From: Eledone cirrhosa
Lineage: Eukaryota
Direction of reading: 5' to 3'
Length of the DNA stretch: 64,000 bases
Assembly: GCA_964016885.1 (NCBI GenBank)
Contig: OZ024742.1
Location: 51,150,001 to 51,214,000, forward strand
Shown: positions 50,263 through 62,824 of the stretch, piece after piece
Numbering within the stretch: the stretch's first letter is position 1
How the letters are laid out: the number at the start of each line of letters is the position of its first letter
Notes under the pieces: generated by a model
Database searches by the model: none
The model's input: only the letters and a program-made list of their open reading frames with translations
Told to the model about the DNA's origin: nothing
Position numbers and translations under genes: made by a program

Positions 50263-52035
50263 CACCCGAACGGTGTCTCCTAGCTGCGTATCTGTAATAA
50301 ATAACCGATTGAGTATTGCAGAAACTTACACAATAACTTCTGAATGTCCTCCTACTCCGTGAATTCAGACAATATCAAGCACCAAATATGAATGAACATA
50401 AGATAGATAACTTAAAAGAACGTTGTTTATGAGGAATTAAAATTTAATTCAGGTCTTAAAAGGAGGGCGTGGAGGAGCATAGGACTACGTTGAAAACATG
50501 AAGAATGATTGCCTGGCGTATAATTAAAACTACTTCAACTTACTAAAGATTTTATTAATCTACTTGTTTTCATTGTAAATATATAAACGATTTCCTATAT
50601 AATAAATGTTTATAGAGAAGGATGGTTGGGAAAACCGAGGTTTCCATGTGAAACATTTCTAATTTGAAATAAATCTACACAATTTCAAATGAAAATTTTC
50701 AAAGATATATCTAAATTTTACGCTACACTGGCTTTTGAATTAGAATCAAATCACAGTCGTATTTAAAATAAATGTCTTAAATACAGAGCATTCTGATATT
50801 CAATTGCGTTGTTGAAACGCTATATGAGACGGATTGCTACATGAATCACTAATGAAATAGCCACACGAAATACATTACTACTATTACTACACACATTATA
50901 TCCATCTAAATTGCAATATACCGAGAATCTATTGAATATTTATTGAAGAACGTACACACAATTCATTTTTGTCTGACTCTTTGGAAATGGTTTACAATAT
51001 TTTGAAATATTTTATAAAGAGTTAAATACAACAGGCATGGCTATACGACAATTCCGGTGATAGAAGACGAACGGCTAAGCATTTCGATATAAAGCACCGC
51101 ACGATTTGCTATATTTCGAATGATATTCAAGGATTTACTGAAATTGTATACAACATAATAAATGAAGTCACCGAATTAGTTTTAAATAAACCATACAATT
51201 AGTTTGAAATATGTCCCTAACAATTTAAAGATATAAGTGCATGCCACAGACAATAACACACTCCAAATATGAATGTGTTCCTTTGAACCGAAGAAGTCAT
51301 AATGTTACACAAAGAAATTGGGACAGGTTTCTGACACTTCATTTTAAGTTACCTACCAGAATTTTTAGAAATGTCCATTATAATTAAAATGTTTTTATTA
51401 ATATAGAACTCTATTAACATTATGTGGCTACATATTAGAAGTAATTTTCTTTTCCAATATATTAAAAAGAAAACAGAGAAATGTCCGAAAATACTTTTGT
51501 CTTTAAGTGTATGGTGTTTACAGGGGAAGCCATATTCTACGAATAGAAATATATGTTGAATGCGATTTATTGATTCAGTTTCTTCTTCCAATGAAGATAT
51601 TCATAACAATTAATTATTTATATATCAGTAGAATAATTATATGACGTTGGCAATATAAGAATAATATTACTTTCATATCTTGCATTTATAATTCCTTTAC
51701 ATACCAATGTACAGTAATAGACGTAATCGCTTTAATATCCCAAATTTATGTATATTATATTTAACGATATATACATAATGAATAGAGAGTATATATAGAT
51801 TATATTTTAATATGAAAGTTATCACATACTTCCATAGCTACACAGATACATCATAATTATTAGATTCACCCAGTATGAATGACACAATCTATCATTCTGC
51901 TCAATTTATGTTAGAATTTATGCATATAGCCTGCATGATTTAGCATGAATGTACACTTCAGCTTCTATATATTTTACCTATATCGCCTTACGTACCTTTC
52001 TGCAACTCAATCTTTACATTATTATTTTAGTTGAT

Positions 52036-52222
52036 TGGGCAGTGGATTGGCAGTATCGGTAGAAGGTCGGACGCCATGCTTTCCAGCATAGTTACGTCCC
52101 TTTACGATCTGAGTTCAAATCCCGCCGAGGTTGACTTTGCCTTTCATCCTTACGGGGTCGATAAAATAAAGTACCAGTAATGCACTGGAAAATTTGCTGG
52201 CCTTGTGCCTAAAGTAGAAACA
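52036..52222 (+). mobile_element. Full-length tRNA-derived SINE with an 18-bp target-site duplication
   Basis: A box TGGCAGTATCGG, B box GAGTTCAAATCCC, core GCCTTTCATCCTTACGGGGTCGATAAAAT (Meta/MESC-like). TSD ATTATTATTTTAGTTGAT at 52018-52035 and 52223-52240. Confidence 0.92.
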
Positions 52223-52499
52223 ATTATTATTTTAGTTGATACTTCAATTCAAAGAGCAAATATATTCATGCAGACATTTGTAGGTATACATCTTCTCCTC
52301 AAACTCTATTTAGCTAGTGTTAATTATCACATCTTCACACATGCACCAACATTATCAACATTCAGTATGATTGACTGAATCTATTCCCATACATAATGGA
52401 TGTATTTGTGTAATTCCTTCCATGAGTATTGGAATATCAAGTATATGTAGATGTATATGTATGTAGGTGATTATATGTCTCTCTCTCTCTCTCTACATA

Positions 52500-52534
<35 letters not shown>

Positions 52535-52537
<3 letters not shown>

Positions 52538-52740
52538 TATGTACACGTACATACATATATGTATACAGACGTACAGTAGTATGTATATATATATACTATC
52601 ATGCACACACATATATATATGTACGAATGGATTCACCGAACATTTATTATAATGCTCAGTGTGTTTGTAAACAAACATCCCGTATTCAGCCGTAGTGTCT
52701 ATCAACCATCGTTGCTCGTTTGTTCAACACTGACAAAGGA
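52535..52740. repeat. TA-associated dispersed repeat; further copies at ~52955-53035, 57000-57209, 61430-61657 and inverted at 61663-61795
   Basis: Shared TATGTATACAGACGTACAGTAG..ACCGAACAT..TTTGTAAACAAAC..TTTGTTCAACACTG. Confidence 0.8.
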
Positions 52741-53039
52741 ACGCTGTACTAGTTTCAAGCTTATTAGCTATCGTCAGCAACGTATACCTTCCTGCCAGAT
52801 TGTTGAACGTATATACTTACCTTATGCATATTAACAGCTGAGAAGCCCAATTTGCATATCGAGTGGGTTAATCGGCCGGGTGCACCGAAAACGATAAACG
52901 GAAAAAATGAAACGAAATTTCATTTCCCACACTTAGTACGGCTTTTAATTGAATATAAGTATGTACACGTACATACATATATGTATACAGACTTACAGTA
53001 GTATGTATATATATATACATACATGCACACATATATATT

Positions 53040-53190
53040 ACCAGTAGATTACTGGTACTTTATTTTATCGATCCCGTAAGGATGAAAGGCAAAGTTAAAC
53101 TCGGCGGGATTTGAACTCAGAAGGGCAAGGGCCGTAACTCTATGCGTCAAAGCATGGCATCCGAGCCTCTACCAATACTGCCCATCCACT
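53040..53190 (-). mobile_element. tRNA-derived SINE lacking its 3' tail
   Basis: Same family as 36311-36496. Confidence 0.85.
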
Positions 53191-53292
53191 AACATTCGAT
53201 TCGTTTGCAATTATGCAAACAAGCCTCAATTGTATAGCCATGCCAATAGAATGAACACTTCATTCTTGCTCTTATGTTGGCATGCGAACAGA

Positions 53293-53339
53293 ACTGCAGA
53301 CACTTAATGTTTCTGGGTATCACCCTTCATCAGTAGAGC
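53293..53339 (-). ncRNA. Type I hammerhead ribozyme motif
   Basis: Minus strand: CTCTA-CTGATGA-A-GGGT(GAT)ACCC-A-GAAA-CA(TTAAG)T-GTC-TGCAG. Confidence 0.65.
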
Positions 53340-54152
53340 TCACTGTTCACCTGTCAAACTGTCAGAGCTGGTGAAAATATATGCTATTTTCAAAAATACA
53401 CAGTTACTGATCCGCCTGATTTGCATATTAGCAAACTGGTAGGGCAGTCAGACTGGCCAGTCAGTTTCCTGTATACGAGCGATAAATGGTCGGCTTTGCC
53501 AAATTCAAATAAAAAAGAATACACAGTGATACTATTTTTATATACTTTTATATACTAGCTCTGACAGTTTGTCAGGTGAACAGTGAGCTGTACTGATGAA
53601 CTAGTGGCTCTCATTAGTATATAATTATGGTTGGAAGTTCTAAACACATTACTAGTAAAACAGTTAATAAAATATTTAGTCTTATTAATATATAATCTGT
53701 AATTAACAATGATAATACATAATGGCAAATTATTTTGGAGTCTTTAGTCTTTAAAATATTATCTCCCTTGCAAATGGGGTTGAGATCAAATATTGACCTG
53801 AAAATATAGCCGGCAGTGACATCCAGTTCATAGTCCTCGACCTGTCCAGACGTTTGGCGTATTGATTTTTATTATCTATCTGATTTATTGACAGATGACA
53901 AAAGAGGATGGGGTTGAATTTAGATAATGGGCTATCTCTCTGCTCACAAATAAAAACTCCTAAATTAATGAATCCACCTAAAATTATAAACGAAAATAAA
54001 AATGAATTTAAACACCTCAAGTAGATACTCATATATGAAGGTAAACTGATCAAAATCTCACTAATTATGCTTGACATGCAACCACCATAGTTACTTTTCT
54101 CCCCACTTTAAATTGCTTGTTTTCAAGAAAATGCATTTCCTGCTATGTGATA

Positions 54153-56100
54153 TCTTCTTCTTCTTCTTCTTCTTCTTCTTTTCCTATTTACACCTGGTAG
54201 GTTCGTGGGGGCAGAGTTCGTAATCGCACCTTCAAGCGGGCCCCATGTCAAAACCAACCTTCAATACTTGATAGGACTGAATCCCCAGCGAGATCCTCCG
54301 AGCTTATAGAATGTATCCATCTGGCTTGGGCTTCACCTCTGGGTTCCTGTCGGTTGTTTTTACGTAAAATGTGTCCAGTGATTCTTTCCTCGGACATTTT
54401 AATAATATGTCCGTATTATCGGAGCTGTGATCCCACAATTCGAAGAAGTAGCTAACCTAACTTGAGCGACTCCCTTATTTCCGGGCCACGCACTCTATAG
54501 AGTAATATTACTCCATGGATCCTTCGGAAGACCGACCATATATGATTTTTTGTTAGAATACAGAAATGAAAAGAGCGAGTTTGGCATTTAAAACTACTTA
54601 CCATCTTCTGATCCCTGAATGCTATATCTGGTGTCTTACCGCAGGGGCTCCAGCAATCCATGCCTATGTACAGCGACCTGTCTTCTGTCACTAGTGAACA
54701 CAACCAGGAATATTTGAACTGCCCTACCTGCTTCAGTGGAATTCCACTCATATATAGATACAACTACGAAGGAATATTTGAGAGGTCGAATGTCTCAGTC
54801 TTCGCAGGATTGATATCTGGAACACACGAGTCAGCCAGAGGATGCCTAATATATGTAAGGCTTTTAACATATCGGACAGAATTGTTCCTCCTACACAGTA
54901 ACCCAGCTACATTGTAGCTGTTTAAATGTTCTTGTGAACTTCGCTTACTAGATATTAGTCAACGGTTTCTAGTGAACCACGAATCCATCAGGAATGCTGT
55001 TGTGACCACGAGATAAGCAATGTATTCTCTTCAACTCGCAGTGGTGCACCTGTCTAAAGCGAAGAAAACTACCGGCACTTTCTGATAGCAGTTTCTGATG
55101 ACGATTTCGTATTTCGAATTCAATGGACGGTCTGCCAGAATACAGTATTTTCAGATTTGAAATCAGATTCCAACTTAACCCCAAACTCTACCATGTTCTA
55201 TCTTTGGAATCCATTAGTGTCTCTGCTGCGATGTTTTTGCGCCTGCTTGTACTACAATTGCAAGTAGCAGGACCCATTTTTAAGCCATCTTTGTATACCT
55301 CCTTTCTTGCTCGGGACACTTATCTAAACACTTGATTGAACCCATGTGCCACCCCATGCCGCTTTTGCCCGCTGCATATAACAGCTGAAGGATAAACTGC
55401 CGAGTTGAACAGTTTCCACTCCGTTTCAACGTCTTCAATTTGCTCAAGGAATTCTCTGAATTTGGATGCAATTGTATCCGTAAACCTGTTCCTGATTTTC
55501 CTATCTGTCAACGATTCTCACATTAGCCAACGATTCTCATTTTATCATGTAGGCTTAGCTTGACCTGCAAGATGTTGCCTTATAACACGTGGATCTATAG
55601 AAGTTTCTGTGCTGGAAGAAAGTGTTCATAATATAGAGTCAATTACTAGTACAGAAGTCTAATAAGTCCTCTCCATTCGTATTTAGATTGGGATCGCCGT
55701 TCATTCCAATCCCTCCTTCTATGTCAGGTAGCCAGTGCCAATATGTGCATTAATGTCTTCCATTAGGACATATGACTCTATCCTAACTACATCTAAAGGT
55801 TCAGGGATTTATCAATGAAGGATCTGTATTCGGGCCCTCTGTTTGCTCGTAAATTCGCACCGCCCACGGAGACCTTTCATCCTAAGATTCAATACGCATA
55901 TCCTCCTTCCCAATGAGATGTGACTCAAAACACATTCTGACAGATAGGGGCTGGTACGTATCGTCATTTAGCCCTGTGAAGCTATACTTGCACCACATCT
56001 GAATAGTGGATTTTAGATCATCCATTAAAATTTACAATACAAGACCCACGGAACTGTATTGAAGAAAACCCCACATATATATTGTCTGTAGCATCTGGCC
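54153..56100 (-). mobile_element. Degenerate RTE-clade LINE with a (GAA)n tail
   Basis: Minus-strand relics DVETEWKLF, PLKQVGQFKY, RRIHGVILLYRVRGPEIRESL. (CTT)n on + at 54153-54180. 5' boundary uncertain. Confidence 0.65.
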
Positions 56101-56949
56101 TCCTCCATTGGTTCCTATGAAATATAACAGGCAAATTCATAGATCAATCAGACACAGACTGGGTACGTGTTACATAACAAGATGGCCAGTCTACTGATTG
56201 TATTGACTGTATTTTCACGTGTATTCTCCCCCATAATCAATAAAAAAAATGGAAAAGATTATAAGCTTTCGCGGCAACATAAAACCATCCATTTGTCAGA
56301 TGATTCTCCGTTTACAACAAAACTAGATAACAAACATCATGGATGAGTGGATTCTTTATACAGACTATGATAGAGAGAAAATATATTCGACAATATCATT
56401 CCTCAATAATATCAAATAAACAAATGTACACCATTACAATACATTGAGTGAGTGTGTATATCTCTAGTGCACTTACCTTTTGAATTTATCACACGCGCGT
56501 GTGTGTGTTTCTGTGTGTGTGCATATGTATGGATATGTGTGTGAGTGTGAATCATCCTCAATGAATGTTATTTCTACTCTCATTCTTTATTATTATATAG
56601 GTAAGTGTGTATGAGAACTTTAAATTTATTCCGCTTATGAGAACAAATAAATGCACCTGTTCATATATTCACACATACAATATCGAAAACACTTTCAAAG
56701 GGAAGATATTATGTTTGTATGATTTATATAAATTTCTATCAAATATATACCATGTGATTTTCTAAAGTGAGTAAATCTAAACATTCAAAGCAATTTAAAG
56801 TCTATAAATGTATAGTGATACCTGATAATTATTATATAATATACGTGTTTGACTATCATTGCATATGACTTATTTCTACGAAGCGACAAACAATGAACCG
56901 TAAATATGGTGATCATACCTGTATTAAGAGATATTGTGTTATACCTCAA

Positions 56950-57004
<55 letters not shown>

Positions 57005-57561
57005 GTACATACATATATGTATACAGACGTACAGTAGTATGTATATATATATATATATATATACATACATGCACACATATATATATGTACGTATGGATTC
57101 ACCGAACATTTATTAGAATGCTCGGTGTGTTTGTAAACAAACATCCTGAATTAAGCCGTACAGTGTATAGCAACCATCGTTGCTCATTTGTTCAACACTG
57201 ACAAAGGATGTGTGTAGATTCTATTATAGAAATAAAAATAGAATCTACAGACAGAAAAGACGCAATGTTTAGACAAATCACAGAGACAATAAACATAAAT
57301 GAACTCCAACCAAAATTAAATAGAAAACATGAATGGAACAGCAACATCACAACTTACAATTAGGGACAAAATGAAAACACACACACACATAGAACAGCCA
57401 ACCAGCCAGTAACATGTAAATAAACAAATAAATAAACACATATAAACACACACAGACACCCGGATGTAACACATGCGCAAACTAAGCAGACAACACACAC
57501 AAAAACAAGATGGCGTAGGATAGAACAAAGGAGAGGCACAAAAAACGAAGAAAATAATCCC

Positions 57562-57613
57562 CAGTCACTGAAGAGGTCACATAATGTGTGACGAAAGAAC
57601 AATCGTCTGGTTG
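57562..57613 (+). ncRNA. Degenerate type I hammerhead motif
   Basis: CAGTCA-CTGAAGA-G-GTCACA(TAATG)TGTGAC-GAAA-GA(ACAA)TC-GTC-TGGTTG. Confidence 0.5.
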
Positions 57614-57741
57614 TGGAACCAACCAGCCAACCGGAAATTTATAAATTCCTAAATGTTTGAATTTAATTTATAATAAATTGAAGTCAAAGCAACTGGTGCG
57701 TGTGTTTCTTATTGGCAACATGACCCTCCCAAAGCATAACA

Positions 57742-57793
<52 letters not shown>

Positions 57794-58010
57794 AGAAAAA
57801 AATGGCTTTTAGAAGACTAGAAATGTTTCATTCGGGAGAAATCATCAGGAAGCCTGATAATTTATCTCGAATGAAACAGTTCTATTCCTGTAGATACCAT
57901 TTCTATATTTAATATTTATACTCTGCTATGTACTGTGGTTAACCCCGATTGAACTTGGGATAAGCATATATATATATATTTATATATATATATTATTTAT
58001 TATATATATA

Positions 58011-58080
58011 TAGCAAAAGGTATGACCCCGACGGCAGAGCTCAAGCTTGAGCTCTGCCGTCGGGGTCAGACCTTTTCCTA
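58011..58080. repeat. 70-bp loopless palindrome with 2 mismatches
   Basis: Centred on AAGCTT at 58043-58048. Confidence 0.93.
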
Positions 58081-58172
58081 TTTCCCACTCTACTACCCTA
58101 AGTATTGAGTACTCTGATGCGTTATCGTCCATCTGGTTCCTTACCACAATTCCTTTGTTATATATTTATTAT

Positions 58173-58208
<36 letters not shown>

Positions 58209-58957
58209 TGCCTGTCTGTGAAACAAAGAGTATGTAGGAACTTACAAATATGTTGTTCTGTTTAACAATGACGCAATGTGTCGAATTCAATTCCCTTATG
58301 TAACTGATTTAAAGCAAGAATTTAATTCTTATTATTCGCCATTTGTATATATATTTCTGGTTTTGGTGTTTTATTTGATATTTTATGTACAATTCTGTAT
58401 ATACATAAGTTTATTTCAATTTGCGTTAACATTTTGAACTGTATAGTACGTCTCGCTAGTCTGTATTGAAAGGCCTGAAACCGAGTTGCCTGTGAACTTT
58501 GTAATCAAAATTGAAACGTATGCATTTCTATTCTACTAAAATCGACAAATAAACTGAATATTTCCTGAATAAATAACCTAACAGTAATTCTGGACGATCA
58601 GATTATTATATAAATATAGACGACACACATACGCACTAACGAACTCATACACAATCAAATACTTACACGTAGGCATATATACACAATATGCACATGTAGT
58701 CACAGACATTCACACACGGATACACACAGAGACATACACACGCACACCCACACACACACAATCACACATATTTATTCATTCGTATACGTACATTCATATA
58801 TTTGCATATAAAATGATATGCCATATACAGTAGTGTGTCTTTTGGACTGCACAATTATATAGTATATATATTTTCATATTACAATAACGCAGAAATCGAA
58901 GGTGTACACGAAAGAATGAATCAGCATGTATGTGTATTTAAATATATATGTATATAT

Positions 58958-59521
58958 AAATCAGGAAAGAAGGTTGACATGGTTTGCTATACAAAAAAGG
59001 TTTTTAATCTCATAGCTGACAATTGTTTCTCTGAACTGGTAGGTCTAGAGATCGCTATTCGCTTGTTTTCACGTTACTCGATCGCCAATACAAAATTATA
59101 ACCAGTCAATTCTTCGGAGCATGTGAGAATGAAGAGATACACGGACAAGAAAAGAATATACAGGCTACTATATGAAGTAGTAATCCCATTCAGTTAGAAC
59201 AATAACAATAATTACAACAATGCTATTAATAAATTATTTGAGGAGACCCTGACATTACTTAGGTGTGTGTGTGTGGGGGGGGGGGGGGTATAGTGTATCT
59301 AAGATTTCGGCGTGTAAAACTAGCTGTCGTGAGGCAGAAGTAAAAGTTTGGCATGTACAGAGTATCGTAGTGTGTATCAATTTTAAATTTTAAAGATAAG
59401 CCAGTGTTTACAGTCTTTCTTTTCATCTTCAATAACATACATGAGTGGGACAACAATGTCAAAGCTAAATAGTGGGTGAGTTAATACAGAGGTTAAGAAG
59501 GTAATATACACATATATGTAT

Positions 59522-59560
<39 letters not shown>

Positions 59561-60170
59561 CACATGCATGTGTACATAGACACATACACACACATCAATA
59601 TACACTCGTACAAAAATATACATACATGCAAAGAGATAAGCGTGCTAATTGTAATTATGGCAAAAGGAAGGTAAAGTTACATTGTAGTAGTGATTTGATA
59701 AAAACTAGGATTTAGGATCAAATGATGGCAGCAGCTGAGAAGGAATAAGTTTGTGGGTTGATGAGGTACTTACAGACATTTGTGTGGTATAGACTTGTGA
59801 AGGCTAGATTATACTTAATGAGTATATTTCTGTGGGTAGTGGGTATCCTAATTTAAAGCTATGTTGTGTTGGTTCGATTCACGGAGGTTTGAAATTTATT
59901 AATAGCATTGTTGTAATTGTTGTTATTGTTCTAACTGAATGCCATTACTACTTCATATAGTAGCCTGTATATTCTTTTCTTGCCTGTGTATTCCCTTCAT
60001 TCTCGCATGCTCCGAAGAACTGACTGGTTATAATTTTGTATTGGCGATCGAGTAACGTGAAAACAAGCGAATAGCGATCTCTAGACCTACCAGTTCAGAG
60101 AAACAATTGTCAGCTATGAGATTAAAAACCTTTTTTGTATAGCAAACCATGTCAACCTTCTTTCCTGATT
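58958..60170. repeat. Inverted duplication with ~280-bp arms (58958-59235 / 59893-60170)
   Basis: The ORF track gives the identical peptide KSGKKVDMVCYTKK...IANTKL on opposite strands. Confidence 0.92.
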
Positions 60171-60467
60171 TATTATTACTCCAAGTGTTTACAACATAGG
60201 AATTACAGCATACCAGCAGCATCACTATGAAAACGCCTTGTTGAGTCAAACCAAGCCAAGCGTTGATATCATCCACTACCTGGAATACCATAACTGGACT
60301 ATACCTAAGTGGACTGCATTTAACTATTATTTGTTACCCCGTATATATATATATATACATGCATACATACATACATACATACATACATACATACATACAT
60401 ACATACACATATATATATATTTATAAATAATAAAAGAGGGCGAAGTGTTAGATTTAGATATATGTAA

Positions 60468-60479
60468 TATGTGTGTGTC

Positions 60480-60522
<43 letters not shown>

Positions 60523-60988
60523 GTGTGTGAGAGAGAGAGAGTTTGTTTGTGTGTGAGAGAGAGAGAGAGAGAGTTTGTGTGTGTGTGAGAGAGAGAGAAA
60601 GAGAGTTTGTGTGTCTGTATGTGAGAGAGAGAGTATGTGTGTATGTGTGTGAGAGAGAGAGAGAGTTTGTGTGAGAGAGAGAGAGAGAGTCTGTGAGAGA
60701 GAGAGAGAGTATGTGTGTGTGTGCGTGAGAGAGAGAGAGATAGTTTGTGTGTGTGTATGAGAGAGAGAGAGAGAGAGAGTGTGTATGTGTGTGTGAGAGA
60801 GAGAGAGAGAGTGTGTGTGTGAGAGAGAGAGAATGTGTGTGTGTGAGAGAGAGAGAGAGAGTTTGTGTGTGAGAGAGAGAGAGAGAGTATGTGTGTGTGA
60901 GAGAGAGAGAGAGTATGTGTGTGTGTGTGTGAGAGAGAGAGTTTGTGTATGTGAGAGAGAGAGAGAGAGAGCTTATGTGTGTGTGTGT
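60468..60988. repeat. Higher-order (GA)n/(GT)n compound satellite
   Basis: Alternating GA runs and GTTTGTGT/GTATGTGT units. Confidence 0.95.
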
Positions 60989-61343
60989 TATAGCATGTTT
61001 GTATCATTGTGAATTATGAAAAGCGGCTATGACATCTGTGATTATGTCACTACAATGAAGAAGGAGTTGTACATATCAAGGTAACTTAATCAGATGCAGA
61101 TGAGAGAGGGGACCTTGTGTTGACAAGTGGAAGAAAAATAATATCCATTAGGGATACGTTGGGAACCACACAGAATATCGGACTCTAAACATGTGCACTG
61201 TGCAGCTCGTGTTTGGAGTTATGACGTGTATGTATGCATGCATTTAGGTATGTATGTATGTAAAAAAATTGTGTAAATATATATATACATGTATGCATGT
61301 GTATATATACACACACATATATATATATATTTATATTTATATA

Positions 61344-61431
<88 letters not shown>

Positions 61432-61688
61432 AGTATGTATGTATACATACGTACATATATGTATACAGACGTACAGTAGCATGTATATATATATATATAT
61501 ATATACATACAGGCACACATATATATATGCACGTATCAGTTTACCGAACATGTATTATAATGTTCGCTTTGTTCATTTGTAAACAAACGAACAGCCTGAT
61601 TTACGCCGTACAGTGTTCAGGCAACCACGTCACCCTTTTGTTCAACACTGGCACAGGAACGATACGTGCATATATATATGTATGCCTG

Positions 61689-61739
<51 letters not shown>

Positions 61740-61847
61740 GCTACTGTACGTCTGTATACATATATGTACGTATGTATACATACATACTTACATTTAAGTA
61801 AGTGCCGTGCTAAGAGTGATAAATGAAATTTCGTTTCATTCTATTCC

Positions 61848-61907
<60 letters not shown>

Positions 61908-61916
<9 letters not shown>

Positions 61917-62510
61917 GAGAAGAAATAAGAATACTGCGTGGTTGCACATGGGTTACATATGATAAAAAATAGTCCTTCGTCAGTGATTTGCCAACCATCA
62001 TTGATATTTCATCGCATTAAAAATCATATAACTCAGGGTGGTGCGAGCAATAGCTAAATAAAGATATTGGGACAAGTAAATCGAGTAAAGCGAGTGAGAC
62101 AAGTAAACAACATAGAAGGATGAAAGCAACGCACAGATGGGAGTAAACAAGCAACATGGTTATCCGGTCAGCATTAGCTGGGTGGATTTCATGAGCGATC
62201 GGGATACAGACCGTCCGAGGTGAGTGAGATGTGAGCAAGAAGATAACACACTACTAGCCAAACGGGAGGATGCGAGAAGGGGAGAAACAGAAAGTGAGAG
62301 AGTGGAAGTGCAAGGAAGAGGTCAGTCGATTGAAAGTTTAACTGACAGAGGGTGCGAAAGAAGGTGAGAGCAACAGAGAGAACGGGGAAGCAGTAAGAGA
62401 GAAACAAACAAACGCAGCTGAGGTAAATATATATAAAAAACATGAGAAGAAAGAAGAATACTGCGTGGATGCACATGGGTTACATATGATAAAAATAGTC
62501 CTTCGTCAGT
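61908..62510 (-). mobile_element. TA-associated repeat with a ~80-nt direct terminal repeat (pLTR-like)
   Basis: About 61905-61985 is repeated at ~62430-62510. The body is homologous to 41820-42190. Confidence 0.6.
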
Positions 62511-62627
62511 ATGCATGTGTATGAATATGCGCGGAGACATAGAAATAATCAGGCTGCATACCCGATCACCCTGTTAAACCACTGGGAGTGACGAACCCCT
62601 AGCTTTTGTCAGGGCATTTTTCTAGGA

Positions 62628-62824
62628 CAGTGGTTCTCAGCCTTTTTTTTATTTCCAAAGCACACCTCGGAACAGATGAAAAAATAGCGACACGGCTGGC
62701 TAAATATATATGAAAAATATTTGAATTTTACAAAATAAAAACATGGCAAGACATAGACAGCATACAACCGTAGGCACAGACTAGTCATAGACACATGGTA
62801 TGATTGTCTATATTGAGATCACTG
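62628..62824. mobile_element. hAT/Charlie-like MITE relic
   Basis: Termini CAGTGGTTCTCA and TGAGATCACTG. Left flank TTCTAGGA; no matching TSD on the right. Confidence 0.5.

Noticed and set aside
52036-52125. tRNA gene
   Set aside because: The A and B boxes belong to a multicopy SINE head with a TSD; no convincing cloverleaf.
53751-54077. 108-aa minus-strand ORF as a GPCR transmembrane exon
   Set aside because: Only a hydrophobic stretch in AT-rich DNA, with no diagnostic motif or splice support.
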